This document shows, in pieces, positions 26,646-38,320 of a stretch of DNA of 64,000 bases. A model generated the notes under the pieces. That model worked only from the letters and a program-made list of their open reading frames with translations. It did not search any database and was not told the DNA's origin. The stretch lies in contig OY969559.1 in NCBI GenBank assembly GCA_963701075.1, positions 224,001 through 288,000 on the forward strand, in the 5' to 3' direction. The position numbers were made by a program, and so were the translations under genes. Position 1 is the first letter of the stretch. Each line of letters starts with the position of its first letter. Source of the stretch: an uncultured Nitrososphaerota archaeon (GTDB taxonomy: Archaea > Thermoproteota > Nitrososphaeria > Nitrososphaerales > Nitrosopumilaceae).

Positions 26646-29345
26646 TTAGTCCCAGAATCCTCGCGTAGTAACATACTGTCTTTCTGCTTCGTATATCTGT
26701 CGGTAAAGTTCTTCTTCGCCTACCATGTTTCGCAGTATCCTTGCCCCAGTGTCTGCACCAACACCATATCCTGACAACACAACAAGTGCAGTACTTCCAA
26801 AATTTTCTAACAGCGATGAAACCTTCCACGCGCGATTGAACTTGTGGTCCTCCTCTGCGGTTATTTTTTTTCCTGCCGCCTTTTTTTGTACTATTTTTGA
26901 TAGGTCATAGTCAGAGTAAAACGTAGCAGAGACCTGCCTTGACTTGCAGTGCGGACAGACAAGCGCCCCCTTTACTTCACGGGTTTCTACCACTTTTTCC
27001 CACTTGCCGCAACGCATACAGACAAGCCTATGTTTTGTTTTGACAAGCCGTGCTTTTACCAAGTCAAGCACCCCCTTGTCCAAGTTTGCAGGAGACGAAT
27101 AGTATTTTGTGGTGTGATCAAGTATTGGCTCTGCAAGTTTTGAGAAACTATCAGCCTCAAACCACCGCAATGTTATGGTATCATTTCGTATACTTTCAAG
27201 AGTTTTAGCTGTTCCCTCCAAGTCATACTTGTCGTGGAAGAGCTCCCGCAGGGCTTCCTTTGCAAGTACAGTGGCAGAATATCTTTCATAGAGAAACCTT
27301 GCAGATTTTCTGTCATATACTGCCTCCCTGCCTACGATTCCAAATTTTTTTGCAACACACCAAGTTCTCCAGTTTACGTTATGTGTACCAGAAAGCGATG
27401 CACGAACAATTGACTCCAATTCATACTTGTCTTTTAGTACGGAAAGCACCGAGTCCTCGTTGATTCTCCCATTTGATGATATCATGATTCTATATGCATC
27501 AGACCTTGAATCAACAAGATATCCACTCTTTGCAGAAAGCATTGCAGAAAGAAGTGTGGCAAGTGTTGCGTTGATCCTAGTTCCAAAGCACGCATGAATT
27601 ACTATGGTGTTTCTAGCACGCTGCGATTCCACAACAATTGTTTTCTCGTCTGGAATTGCATCCATCTTTAGACTCTCAATTATCTTGTTTGCAAGAGGCT
27701 CAAGCTTTGTCTTGGTGCGATATAACCCCACTTTTCTTGCAGTGGCAAGATCAACTGGTATGTTCTCTCCCTCCCAGTATGGAACATTTATTCCAGCAGA
27801 CTGGACTGGTTCTACGTTTATCTTAAGTGAACTGTCATCAACGTTTAAAATTCTCCATTGCATCCCGCGCAACACAAAGACATTTCCTGGGTCGCCGTGG
27901 TCACCTACAAATCTCTGGTCAAGGCTTCCGATCATTTTTTTGGATACAGTATCGAGCACCTTGAATTTCAAAATATCAGGAATTGTGGACAGGTTTTCAA
28001 AAAAATACCTAAACGAGCGTCCCCTTTTTTTGAAGACCATCTCTTCTTTATCAAAAAATACAATCGAGCCGTTATGCAGTATATCTAGCACACCAAACAG
28101 GTCATCAAGTGTTGTATCTCTAAACGAATAGGCTTGGTTTATCATCTTTAGCGCAAAGTCAATTGGAACAGTTCCAAACTGCATTGTCATGCCAACCAAG
28201 TGGTGCGCCAGCACATCTAGTGCGCCATCATGAACTATTTGGTCCTCGATTGATTTTTCCCTGACACGTTCCAGTATAGCAAGTGCTTCAAACTCGTCGT
28301 CGGCATTGTTAGTTACAATCAGTCCCTTTGCAGACAAGCCCCTGCTGTGCTTGCTTCTGCCAATTCTTTGCACAAGTTTTGATACCTGCCTTGGTGAACC
28401 ATAGTGTATCACAAGTTCCACAGAGCCAATGTCAAGACCTCACTCAAGCGATGACGTGCAAACCACGATTCCAGGCCTTCCCTCCCTTAGAGTCTCCTCA
28501 GTTTCCTCCCGTACCTGTTGTGAGAGAGAACCGTGGTGCATATCTATTCGCAGACTGGACCTCTCCTTTAGGACGGATGCTAGATATTCTGACTCGCCAC
28601 GGGTATTTGTAAACAAGAGTACTGGCGAGTCTGCATAATTTTTGGTAACGTAATCTATGATGGAATCAACAACATCGGTTATGGTCCCGTCGATATACCT
28701 TACCTCAACGTCATACTTTCTAATTGAGCGGTCCTCAATTATCTTGCATCTTCTTTTTGTTCCTACCACAAACTTGGCGGCTTCTGATGTATTTCCCACT
28801 GTTGCAGAAAGACCAACCCTTGTTACAGGAAATTTTGTGTTTGTCTGCAGCCGCTCAAGGCTCAGCGATAGCTGTGCACCGCGCTCATTTCCCAGCAGCT
28901 CGTGCACTTCGTCTATTACAATCCACTCTCAGCTCGTCAAGTGCCTGTAACATTGCTGGCTGTGTCAGTAAAATTATGATTGTCTCAGGAGTTGTTATCA
29001 GTACGTCTGGTGGTTCAAGTGCAATCTTTTTCCTAACTGACTGCGATGTATCCCCATGACGAATCTGAATTGTAAGGCCCTCATTTTCCGCATACCCAAT
29101 TACTCTACGAAAGACATCCCTGTTTAGTGCCCGGAGTGGAGTGACATATAGTGTCTTAATCTTTCCATGTTTTTTTGACTTGGCAACCCTATCAAAGATT
29201 GGAATCACGGCAGTCTCTGTCTTGCCAGAGCCTGTTGGCGCAATAACTAGTGAATCAATCTTTTGATATATTACAGGAACAGCTTTTTTCTGGATCTCAG
29301 TTAGGTGCTCAAAACCAAGATTGCGAAACTTGTTCTCTAACTCAA
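26646..29345 (-). CDS. lhr: Lhr-family SF2 helicase (frameshift near 28930, in-frame TGA at 28440)
   Basis: APTGSGKT, TTPET, DE(V)HEL, GLSATVG, HHGSLS, SSLE*GLDIG, QRIGRS; C-terminal Zn ribbon. Confidence 0.85.
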
Positions 29346-29479
29346 GCGGTAGATGATGTAGATGAGTCTGATTCTTTTGCTTGTCTTGTTCTAGATCGCT
29401 CGTATACCATTGCACCAACTATGCCAGCACCAAATAAGATAACTGTGATAATTGGTATCTGATCGAAAATTCCTGCCAT
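29342..29479 (-). CDS. Small single-TM protein (45 aa)
   Basis: Manual translation MAGIFDQIPIITVILFGAGIVGAMVYERSRTRQ... Confidence 0.55.
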   Translation of the reverse strand: MAGIFDQIPIITVILFGAGIVGAMVYERSRTRQAKESDSSTSSTA

Positions 29480-29668
29480 GAGTCACGTTACAACCACAGT
29501 GATAAATATCTTAGCTCAAGCAAGCAACTTGCACAGATTTATTCTAATTCAGTTCTCTTGAGATCATAATTTTATGATCTGGATGAGAGATCAGGATTAA
29601 GATATTAAGCTGCGATGAAATGTAAATGAAATGATTTTGTTAAATAGAAATCTTCGGTAAAGAAACCT

Positions 29669-29752
29669 GTCAGGGTCGCCAAGTAAGGTATGGCGTGTGT
29701 CTGAAAAACACATTTTCCCCCGGATACGTGGGTTCAATTCCCACCCCTGACG
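29669..29752 (+). tRNA. Atypical type II tRNA with GAA anticodon (nominally Phe; Ser/Leu-like body)
   Basis: GTCAGGG/CCCTGAC-G acceptor, TGTGT-CTGAAAA-ACACA anticodon arm, 15-nt variable region, GTGGG-TTCAATT-CCCAC T arm. Confidence 0.75.
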
Positions 29753-29810
29753 GGTTTATCACAATATGGATTTAGAGTCTAATTAATGTTTTAGTCTGCT
29801 GAAAATTTGT

Positions 29811-30458
29811 TCAAGCTATTTCTACAATCCCTTCTGGTTCTATCTTGTATGCAACCTCTTTTTTCATGCCAAATGCAGGCAGTACCTGTGCAGAAAACTT
29901 GTTTCCCTCTTTTGATAGCCTGATCTTTTTGTGAGTAAAGATGCTAATTGACTTGTCAAGGTTCTCCCTGTCTTGCTCGCCTGACCTTCTGACAACGTTG
30001 GTTATAACAACTGGAATCTTGTTTTGGATGCAAAGCAAGCTGAGTGAGTGCATGTATTCCATGAATTTTACGTGTTTTTCAAGCGAGTTTGATTCTTTAG
30101 AGTACTCGAACGAAAAAAGATCTGTAATATTGTCTATTATGACTAGTCCCGGATTTACCTGAGATATGTTTTTGAGATGATTGATTTGCTCGGCGATATT
30201 TGTCACTCGCGCAACAATTATGTTGTCTAAAAGACTTGGCGCAAGTTGTCTGGCATGCATTAGCTGAAGTATTCTTTCAGGTCTAAAGCTGCCGCTTGTG
30301 TCCTGATAAATTATTTTTTTATTCATAGCATTGGTACAAATCTGCATTGCAAGTTGCGTCTTTCCGCTTCCACCAGGTCCAAAGATGTCAGTTATGATGC
30401 CAGCAGCTATTCCCCCACCCAATAGATTATCAAGTCTTGGTAGACCAGTTGAGATCAA
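29811..30458 (-). CDS. radB: RadB/RecA-family recombination paralog
   Basis: ISTGLPRLDNLLGGG, GPGGSGKTQ; lacks RadA N-terminal domain. Confidence 0.75.
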   Translation of the reverse strand: MISTGLPRLDNLLGGGIAAGIITDIFGPGGSGKTQLAMQICTNAMNKKIIYQDTSGSFRPERILQLMHARQLAPSLLDNIIVARVTNIAEQINHLKNISQVNPGLVIIDNITDLFSFEYSKESNSLEKHVKFMEYMHSLSLLCIQNKIPVVITNVVRRSGEQDRENLDKSISIFTHKKIRLSKEGNKFSAQVLPAFGMKKEVAYKIEPEGIVEIA

Positions 30459-30557
30459 ATCGATTGTCTAGAAAATACTGGAAATTAAATGGTATAAGTG
30501 ATGATCGGGAAGGCTTTTATTTACGATTTCAAGCACTGGTGACAAGTGAATTATTGA

Positions 30558-30803
30558 TTGTCGCAACCACCGACTCAGAAACGACCTCTAACAACGCTGC
30601 AAAAAGGTGTTAACAAAAAGGTTACGGTCAGACTCAAAAGCGATATAGAGTACAAAGGAAAAATGAACAATGTTGATTCCTACATGAATTTAATCATGAC
30701 AGATGCAGAGGAGGTCAGTGGTGGCAAGGTGGTTGCAAATTATGGTAGAGTTATCGTAAGAGGCAATAATGTACTTTTTATCAAATTAGAAAATGAGCTG
30801 TAA
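30558..30803 (+). CDS. Lsm/SmAP RNA-binding protein
   Basis: [15 protein letters not shown]. Confidence 0.93.
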   Translation: MSQPPTQKRPLTTLQKGVNKKVTVRLKSDIEYKGKMNNVDSYMNLIMTDAEEVSGGKVVANYGRVIVRGNNVLFIKLENEL

Positions 30804-31981
30804 TGACCCTGACAATGAAAGAAGCGGGTAGGAACTATCTATTTACTTCAGAATCGGTCACCGAGGGTCATCCAGACAAGGTGTGCGATCAAATTTCAGA
30901 CGCAATTTTGGACGAGTTTCTAAAACAAGACCCTGATTCAAGAGTTGCAGTTGAGACCATGACAACTACAGGAATTGTTGTGGTGGCAGGCGAGGTCACA
31001 TCAAAGGCAAGATTTGACATTCAAGATGTAGTCAGAAAAACAATCAAGGAGATAGGCTATAACGATCCCCAGTATGGTTTTGATGCTGACTCGTGCAGTG
31101 TTCTAGTTTCCATTCATTCCCAAAGTCCTGACATCTCAAATGGAATCTCTGCCAATGAAAACAAGGAGCAGGGAGCAGGAGACCAGGGACTGATGTTTGG
31201 CTATGCAACAAACGAGACTGCAGAATTTATGCCGATGCCAATAATGCTTGCTCACAAGCTTACCCAGCGTCTTGCAGAGGCAAGAAAGAAAAAGGAACTT
31301 CCATGGGCAAGACCTGACGGAAAATCACAGGTTACCATAGAATATGAAGATGGCAAGCCAAAAAGGATCGAGGCCATTGTTGTTTCAACACAGCATTCTC
31401 CTGACATTACAAACGAAGAGATAAAAAAAGAAATTATTGAAAAGGTGATCAAACCAGTCTGCGGCAATCTATGGAATGATAAAATAAAGATCCACGTAAA
31501 TCCAACTGGAAGATTCGTAATTGGCGGACCTCCAGGAGACGCAGGACTTACGGGAAGAAAGATAATTGTGGACACATATGGTGGCATGGGAAGACATGGC
31601 GGAGGGGCATTTTCCGGAAAAGATCCATCAAAGGTAGATAGATCCGCGTGTTATATGTGCAGATACATTGCAAAAAATATTGTAGCGGCAGGACTTGCAG
31701 ACCGCTGCGAAGTCCAAGTTGCATATGCAATAGGGGTAGCACAACCAGTTTCCCTCATGGTCAGCACATTTGGCACAGGCAAGATCCCAGAAGAGCAGAT
31801 TGAGAACCTAGTTAGAAAACATTTTGACATGAGACCTGCTGCAATCATATCTCAACTGAAATTAAAGAACCCAATTTACAGAAAGACTGCAGCATATGGA
31901 CATTTTGGAAGGGACGAGCCAGAATTTACTTGGGAAAAGACAGACAAGGCTGACACACTAAGAAAGGCGGCAGGCCTGTAG
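30803..31981 (+). CDS. metK: S-adenosylmethionine synthetase (bacterial/eukaryotic type)
   Basis: [28 protein letters not shown]. Confidence 0.97.
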   Translation: MTLTMKEAGRNYLFTSESVTEGHPDKVCDQISDAILDEFLKQDPDSRVAVETMTTTGIVVVAGEVTSKARFDIQDVVRKTIKEIGYNDPQYGFDADSCSVLVSIHSQSPDISNGISANENKEQGAGDQGLMFGYATNETAEFMPMPIMLAHKLTQRLAEARKKKELPWARPDGKSQVTIEYEDGKPKRIEAIVVSTQHSPDITNEEIKKEIIEKVIKPVCGNLWNDKIKIHVNPTGRFVIGGPPGDAGLTGRKIIVDTYGGMGRHGGGAFSGKDPSKVDRSACYMCRYIAKNIVAAGLADRCEVQVAYAIGVAQPVSLMVSTFGTGKIPEEQIENLVRKHFDMRPAAIISQLKLKNPIYRKTAAYGHFGRDEPEFTWEKTDKADTLRKAAGL

Positions 31982-32842
31982 CATTTCTCCATATTTTGTA
32001 AATTCAATTCCTGAAATACCGGCAAGTTTTCTGTGATTGCCAATATAATCACCCACTAGAATGCTGAGATCGTCGACACCAAACTGCGAGGCACTGGAGC
32101 AAAGAGCATCATGATATGCCTTTTCAAAATCTACATGTCTTATTTGCGCCTTGTCCCCAACCAAGTCTCTTACAAAGCGATCATACGTTACTGCCTGTGG
32201 ACCAACAAGGTCAATTGTCTTTTTTGAGAACTGTTTTCCATGTATGGCTTTCATTATAACTTGTGCCACATCTGATACCAAGATAGGCTGAAGTCTATAT
32301 TTCCCAGAGCCTGCAATGATAACGAAACCTTTGCGTATCTGTCTTGAAAGTATCTGCGACAGTGGATCATTTTTTCCCATGATATACGAGGGTCGAAATA
32401 TTGTATAATCAAGTCCAGACTGCACAATCTCTTGCTCTGCTTTGAATTTTGATACAAAATATCCCAGTGTAGATTTTTTGTCAACACCAAGACCGCTTAG
32501 GTAAATTATTTTCTTGATTCCAGCTTTCTTGCAAAGTGTAACCGCATTTCTTGTAAGATTGACATTTACGGTATCATAGTCAGAGTCTGCTGTCTGTCTT
32601 CCCTTTCCAATAAAATGCAGAAATGCGGCAGACCCTTTCACCAAATCTACAAGGGCATCTTCCGTAAGATCGTGCGATATGATAGCCTGTCCAAAATCAA
32701 CTGCCTTTTTTCTGCCCTTTCTCACTAGAGGTATAATCTCAAACCCATTTTTTGCAAGAAACTTGCCCACATTTTTTCCCACAAATCCATTGGCTCCAGA
32801 TATGGCTATCTTATCCATATACACCCACAATATATCCGACAA
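31958..32842 (-). CDS. NAD-dependent epimerase/dehydratase (SDR)
   Basis: [16 protein letters not shown]. Confidence 0.9.
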   Translation of the reverse strand: MSDILWVYMDKIAISGANGFVGKNVGKFLAKNGFEIIPLVRKGRKKAVDFGQAIISHDLTEDALVDLVKGSAAFLHFIGKGRQTADSDYDTVNVNLTRNAVTLCKKAGIKKIIYLSGLGVDKKSTLGYFVSKFKAEQEIVQSGLDYTIFRPSYIMGKNDPLSQILSRQIRKGFVIIAGSGKYRLQPILVSDVAQVIMKAIHGKQFSKKTIDLVGPQAVTYDRFVRDLVGDKAQIRHVDFEKAYHDALCSSASQFGVDDLSILVGDYIGNHRKLAGISGIEFTKYGEMLQACRLS

Positions 32843-32875
32843 ATTAATTTTGGTGCTTGTTCAATCTCTAGATAC

Positions 32876-33323
32876 TTGAAGAACCTGTCTGACTGCTATC
32901 AGATTCTAGGCGTCCAAAAGGGAGCATCGCAGAAGGAGATCAAGAATGCATACAGACAGGCTCTCACTCAAGTATCACCCAGACAGAAACAAGGATGACA
33001 CGGGTGGAGAGAAATTCAAGCAGATTACAGAGGCATATCAGTTGCTTCGACGTGAGGAAAAGTCAAAGACAAGGGTTTCTGAGACAGATGTTGCAACAAA
33101 ATACACCGAGTTTTGGAAAAAATACGACGGCAGCAAGATGAATGATGATTTTAATTTTGGGCCCAACTTTGCAGGATTTAAGAATCCATTTGGGGCAAGC
33201 GTTCAAGAAGAGTACAGCCATTTTCGTGAAAAGGAATCTTCCTTTAAGGTTACACACATCATACTATATGGCGGACTTGGTCTGTTTGCATTGTGGATAA
33301 TACTGACTAGCATATTCAAGTGA
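32876..33323 (+). CDS. DnaJ-domain membrane protein (frameshift near 32960)
   Basis: DCYQILGVQKGASQKEIKNAYRQ / KYHPDRNK...FKQITEAY; C-terminal TM. Confidence 0.8.
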
Positions 33324-33361
33324 TATCAAAGGATTAATACAGAAAAAAAATAATTACCCAC

Positions 33362-34456
33362 ATGGAATCTGACTCTACGCCAAAAGGAAAAATGAGAACA
33401 GGTTATACCACGGGAACTTCGGCAACGGCTGGAGCAAAGGCTGGAATACTTGCAATTTTGAATCAGGAAAAGATAGGCTTTATCGATGTTACATTACCAA
33501 AAAAATCCAAGATCCAAATAAAGATTGAAAAATGTGAATTTGACAAGCAATCTGCACACTGTTACGTAATAAAAGATGGTGGCGACGATCCAGATGTTAC
33601 CCACGGTGCAGAGATACACACTGATGTCTCACTAACAAGTAATGTTGGAAAAATCGAGATAGACGGGGGTGAAGGAGTAGGCAGGGTGACAAAGCCAGGC
33701 CTTGGCCTAGAGGTGGGTTCTGCTGCAATAAATCCAACACCAAAAAAGATGATCACAGAAAACATTACCGAAGTTGCACAAGACCTTCTCAAAAAAAATG
33801 GAGTCAGGGTCATCATATCTGTTCCAAAGGGAAAAGAGCTTGCGCCAAAGACTGACAACCCACGGCTTGGCATCCTAGATGGCATCTCAATTCTTGGCAC
33901 AAGTGGAATTGTTATCCCGTATTCGACTGCCTCGTTTGCAGCATCAATTAGGCAGAGCATAGATGTTACAATTGCAATGGGAAATGATACCGTAGTCCTG
34001 ACAACAGGTGGCAGAAGTGAAGATTTTTCAAGAAACATAATCACTTTGCCTGACCATTGCTTTGTCCAGATGGGAGACTTTTCAGGTTATACAGTACAGC
34101 AGTGCGCAAAAAAGGGAATAAGAAAGGCATACGTTGCAGGCTTTATTGGAAAATTGACCAAGATGGGCATGGGTGTAAAGCAGACCCATGTAAAGGGCTC
34201 CAAGGTAGACATGGAATTTCTTGCAGAGCTTGCACAGAGATGCAATGCATCAAGTGATACTATACAGGAAATAAAAAAAGCAAACACTGCAAGACATGTC
34301 TTTGAGATAGTGTCAGCCAAGAACCTCAAGGGATACTTTGATCTTGTCTGCTCTGAAGTATACAATCAACTACGAAAACATTCTGAGGAAAAATTTGAGA
34401 TTGATGTTATCATGTTCGATTTCGATGGTAACACAATAGGTAAGTATCCAAGATAG
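33362..34456 (+). CDS. cbiD: Cobalt-precorrin-5B C1-methyltransferase
   Basis: RTGYTTGT, KDGGDDPDVTHG, GISILGTSGIV. Confidence 0.96.
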   Translation: MESDSTPKGKMRTGYTTGTSATAGAKAGILAILNQEKIGFIDVTLPKKSKIQIKIEKCEFDKQSAHCYVIKDGGDDPDVTHGAEIHTDVSLTSNVGKIEIDGGEGVGRVTKPGLGLEVGSAAINPTPKKMITENITEVAQDLLKKNGVRVIISVPKGKELAPKTDNPRLGILDGISILGTSGIVIPYSTASFAASIRQSIDVTIAMGNDTVVLTTGGRSEDFSRNIITLPDHCFVQMGDFSGYTVQQCAKKGIRKAYVAGFIGKLTKMGMGVKQTHVKGSKVDMEFLAELAQRCNASSDTIQEIKKANTARHVFEIVSAKNLKGYFDLVCSEVYNQLRKHSEEKFEIDVIMFDFDGNTIGKYPR

Positions 34457-34472
34457 CAAGAGATATGTTCAC

Positions 34473-35556
34473 TTGGAAAAGAGACAATTTGTGGATACCG
34501 TAGCAATTCTAGCTATTACAAAAAATGGAATCAAGATGGCTAAAAACTTGAAGGGCAAGTTTCCAAATTGGCAGGTCTTTGCACCCTCCAAGTTTTCAAA
34601 CAATGATTCCAAGATTAACTGGTTTGAGGATTCTACCACAGAAAAAATAGGTGAGTTGTTCAAAAAACATGATGCCCTCGTCTGCATCTTCTCGCTTGGT
34701 GCCGTAATACGTCTAGTCAGCTCCCCACATGAAGGACAAAAAGACAGATCCTGCAGTAGTTGTGATTGATGATACAGGCAAGTTTGTGATAAGTACACTA
34801 TCAGGACATCTTGGCGGGGCAAACAAGCTTGCAGAAGATATTGCAGAAGTTCTTGGCGCAACTCCTGTGATTACAACGGCTGCAGATGTTAACAAGACCA
34901 TTGCAGTAGACTTGGTAGGAAAGGAGTTTGGGTGGCAGATTGATGATGATTCAACTGTAACAAAAATTAGTGCATTTATGGTAAACGAAGAAAAGATAGG
35001 TCTCTTTCAGGATGCTGGCGAGAAAGATTGGTGGACACCAAAAAGAGAGCTTCCAAAAAATGTCCACCCATATGCAAGTTTGGAAGAGCTGATAGGGTCA
35101 GACTGCAAGGGATTTTTGATAATCTCAGATAAAATGATACATGACAGGCAGATACTGGAGCGCTCAGTTGTGTATAGGCCAAAGACTCTGGTGGTCGGTG
35201 TTGGGCTACACTGGGATACAAGCAAGGATATAATCAAGGAGGGCCTAGAGTTTTGTCTCTCAAAGTTCAATCTCAGTTCCAAGTCAGTTGCTAGGTTTGC
35301 ATCAATCAAAAAGGAAGCTCAGGTGACAGGACTGCGCGAGATTGCAGAAAACATGAAGGTTCCAATAGATTATTTTGAAAAGCAAGAGCTTGCAGGAATT
35401 GCAATCCCGAATCCTTCAGAAGTTGTCAAGACATTTGAGGGAACCCCAAGTGTCTCAGAGGCGTCGGCAATCAAGAGCTCAGGCGGTACGCTAGTAGTTG
35501 AAAAACAGAAATTTCCCCCAAATCTTACCATTGCAATTGCGAGGATATCAAAATGA
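34473..35556 (+). CDS. cbiG: Cobalt-precorrin-5A hydrolase (frameshift near 34720)
   Basis: KKTDPAVVVID, LSGHLGGAN, PSVSEASA. Confidence 0.9.
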
Positions 35557-36299
35557 AACGAGGGTTATTGCTAATCGATAGGGGTAGCCATGAAGATGAC
35601 GTAAAGCAGGAGCTTCAATACATATGCGACAAAGTAAAGCAAAAGGGAGACTATCATGTGTCTGATTACTGTTTTCTCGAGGTAGTCCCCCCATATATCG
35701 AAGAGGGTATCAATGCTTGCCTATCTGAACAGATTGATTCACTTACCATAGTGCCATATTTTCTGTACCCCGGAAGAAAGGTCAAGGCTGCTGTCAACAC
35801 TGCAATAAAATTCCAGTCAAAGACCAAAGTGAAACTGACCATATCAAAACCCATGAACTTGCACAAGTCTTTGATAAGACTTGTAGACGAAAAGATACAG
35901 AGCATACTTGGGAAGAACAAGGTTACCGCCGCAAGAAATGGCGTAGATGTATTGCTAATTGGACATGGAAGCAAGGACCCAAATGCAAGATCATCTCTAA
36001 AGTATGTTGCAGATGGGCTTGAGCCATTGTATAGAAACGTCAACTATTGTTTTTTAGAGATTGAAGAGCCCAACATACAACATGGCATAGATGTATGTAC
36101 AAAAAACAATCCAGACTTTCTTGTTGTGGTACCATACTTTTTGCACAAGGGAGCTCATGTAAAGCGTGACATTTATGAAGACCTCAATCCCGCAATTACA
36201 AATTCCGGAATAAAGAAAGTATTTCTTTCCGAGCATCTAGGAATAGATGACAAGATGGTTGACTTGGTGCTTGAGAGGGCAAAGGAAGTAGAGAGATGA
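35553..36299 (+). CDS. cbiX: Sirohydrochlorin cobaltochelatase, two-domain CbiX
   Basis: LIGHGS, PYFL..GAHVKRDI. Confidence 0.9.
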   Translation: MKRGLLLIDRGSHEDDVKQELQYICDKVKQKGDYHVSDYCFLEVVPPYIEEGINACLSEQIDSLTIVPYFLYPGRKVKAAVNTAIKFQSKTKVKLTISKPMNLHKSLIRLVDEKIQSILGKNKVTAARNGVDVLLIGHGSKDPNARSSLKYVADGLEPLYRNVNYCFLEIEEPNIQHGIDVCTKNNPDFLVVVPYFLHKGAHVKRDIYEDLNPAITNSGIKKVFLSEHLGIDDKMVDLVLERAKEVER

Positions 36300-36934
36300 T
36301 CACGCAGAAGGGTCAGTCAATAGAGGACAAGAGCATGGAAATAATAGAGAGTGAGATAGGCGCTCATCCTTACAGCCAAGACGAATGGACAATAGTGAAG
36401 CGAGTGATACATTCTACAGCCGATTTTGACTTTGCAAGAGATAACAAAATAATTTTTCACAAGCAGGCAATAGAGAGTGGAACAGCTGCCCTCAAGCGAG
36501 GATGCAACATAATTGTAGATGTTAATGGAGTAGTGGGACTGTTAAACAAAGACAACCTGAGCAAGTTTTCAAACAATGTGATTTGTGGCATATCAGATCC
36601 TGCAGTGGTAGAGGAAGCAAAAAAACTCAACAAGACTCGGGCCCAGACTGCAATGCGAATGGCTGCAAAAGAGATGGATGGAGGAATTGTGGCAATAGGA
36701 AATGCCCCTACTGCACTTCAGGAAGTAATACAGATGGTGCAGCAAGGATTGACGAAACCTGCCCTTGTCGTTGGCATACCTGTTGGATTTGTCTGCGCCG
36801 CAGAGTCAAAAGAAGAGCTCCGCCATTCCGATATTGTACACATAACAAATCTTGGCCGTAAAGGAGGTAGCCCATGCGCGTCTGCCATCTTAAATGCACT
36901 CTACATCATTTTAAAACAAAGATCATCTTCTTGA
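36296..36934 (+). CDS. cbiC: Precorrin-8X methylmutase
   Basis: RVIHSTAD, GNAPTAL, PVGFV..AESKE, GRKGGS. Confidence 0.95.
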   Translation: MITQKGQSIEDKSMEIIESEIGAHPYSQDEWTIVKRVIHSTADFDFARDNKIIFHKQAIESGTAALKRGCNIIVDVNGVVGLLNKDNLSKFSNNVICGISDPAVVEEAKKLNKTRAQTAMRMAAKEMDGGIVAIGNAPTALQEVIQMVQQGLTKPALVVGIPVGFVCAAESKEELRHSDIVHITNLGRKGGSPCASAILNALYIILKQRSSS

Positions 36935-38320
36935 GAGTGCGACACAGTTCTCAACAAATGTATTTGCAACTTTTGGCATAGCAAAATGCATGTGCATGTA
37001 GGATGCAAGTGCATTGTATTGCACCATACCGTCCCTGTTTTTTCCTATGCCTATTCCAATATCCATTGTGTAGGCAAACTTGGAGTCCTTTGATACCGAC
37101 TCTAGTTCAGAGAAATGAAACTCGTGCCCCCGCAGTATGGAATTTTTCCCAGATACAACACACGGTCTTGATACACTTGCCTTGGTATAGTTTAGCGTTA
37201 GTTTTTTCTGCATGGCAGTATCTGCCTCGCATAGCCCAATCATCTTGAATTTTTTCTCCTTGTACCTAATTGACCGGGTCAGATACATCAATCCCCCACA
37301 TTCTGCATATATTGGTAAGCCATCTTCTGCTTTTTCCTTTATCTCTTTTTTCATGGAATCATTTCTTTCTAAAAGTTCTCCCTTGACTTCTGGAAATCCC
37401 CCTCCAATATAGAGACCGTCACATGATGGAATTTTTTTGTCATGAATTGGGCTGAAAAATTCAATAGATGCCCCCGCCCTGCGCAGTGAATCCAGGTTCT
37501 CCTGATAGTAAAAGTTGAATGACTCGTCTAGTGCTACTGCAATCTTTGCTCTTTGTTTTGTCTTGGTGTCTTGTGGTATAGATGGCAGGTTTGGTACCTT
37601 GCAGCTTGTCTCAATAATTTTTTCAATATCGATATAATCAGAATATGATTTGGCAATAGCCCTTATTTTTTGCTCGAGTGTTTTCATCTCATTTACTGGA
37701 ATCAATCCAAGGTGTCTTGATTCAAGATTTAGGTGGACATCTCGTGGAATCATGCCAACAATTGGAATTTCCAGTTTTGACAATGCTTGCCTGCAAAGAT
37801 CCTCATGCTTGCGGCTTCCAATCTTGTTTAGTATGAAACCTACAATTCTAGAATTTTTGTGAAACTTTACAAATCCCAGTGCAGTTGCCGCAATAGAGCG
37901 AGCAGCCTTGCTTGCATCAAGTACCAGAACAACTGGAGCTTTTACGATATTTGATATGTGGTGCGTGCTTGCAAAATTGGAGCCTCCGCCAAACCCATCA
38001 TAGTACCCCATGACACCTTCTATCACCGATATATCATCATGCGAGTTTTGAACAAAGTCTTTTAGCACTCCATGCTCGCCCATGAGCCACGCATCAAGAT
38101 TTCGTGCAGGCCTCTTTGCTACTGCCGAGAGATATGTAGGGTCAATAAAGTCAGGCCCCACCTTGAACGGTTGTACCGAGTATCCATGTTTTTTCATGCC
38201 ATAAATTATTGCTGCAGCAATTGATGTTTTGCCAACTCCGCTGCTGGTACCAGAAAGAACTATTCTAGGTATCTTCAATTTCAATCTCCTGACTGAGCCT
38301 TGATTGAAGCCAGTATTCAA
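36923..38320 (-). CDS. cbiA: Cobyrinate a,c-diamide synthase
   Basis: SGVGKT, FKVGPDFIDP, YAECGG, GHEFH. Confidence 0.95.
   Translation of the reverse strand: MNTGFNQGSVRRLKLKIPRIVLSGTSSGVGKTSIAAAIIYGMKKHGYSVQPFKVGPDFIDPTYLSAVAKRPARNLDAWLMGEHGVLKDFVQNSHDDISVIEGVMGYYDGFGGGSNFASTHHISNIVKAPVVLVLDASKAARSIAATALGFVKFHKNSRIVGFILNKIGSRKHEDLCRQALSKLEIPIVGMIPRDVHLNLESRHLGLIPVNEMKTLEQKIRAIAKSYSDYIDIEKIIETSCKVPNLPSIPQDTKTKQRAKIAVALDESFNFYYQENLDSLRRAGASIEFFSPIHDKKIPSCDGLYIGGGFPEVKGELLERNDSMKKEIKEKAEDGLPIYAECGGLMYLTRSIRYKEKKFKMIGLCEADTAMQKKLTLNYTKASVSRPCVVSGKNSILRGHEFHFSELESVSKDSKFAYTMDIGIGIGKNRDGMVQYNALASYMHMHFAMPKVANTFVENCVALSRR

Noticed and set aside
28440-28442. In-frame TGA in lhr as selenocysteine or readthrough
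   Set aside because: It falls at a conserved hydrophobic position (SSLE[L/V]G); a base-order error (GTA to TGA) in an error-prone assembly is simpler.
30803-31981. Bacterial-type MetK in an archaeon as a novel transfer
   Set aside because: To my knowledge this is a common feature of Thaumarchaeota, and it sits in core context.
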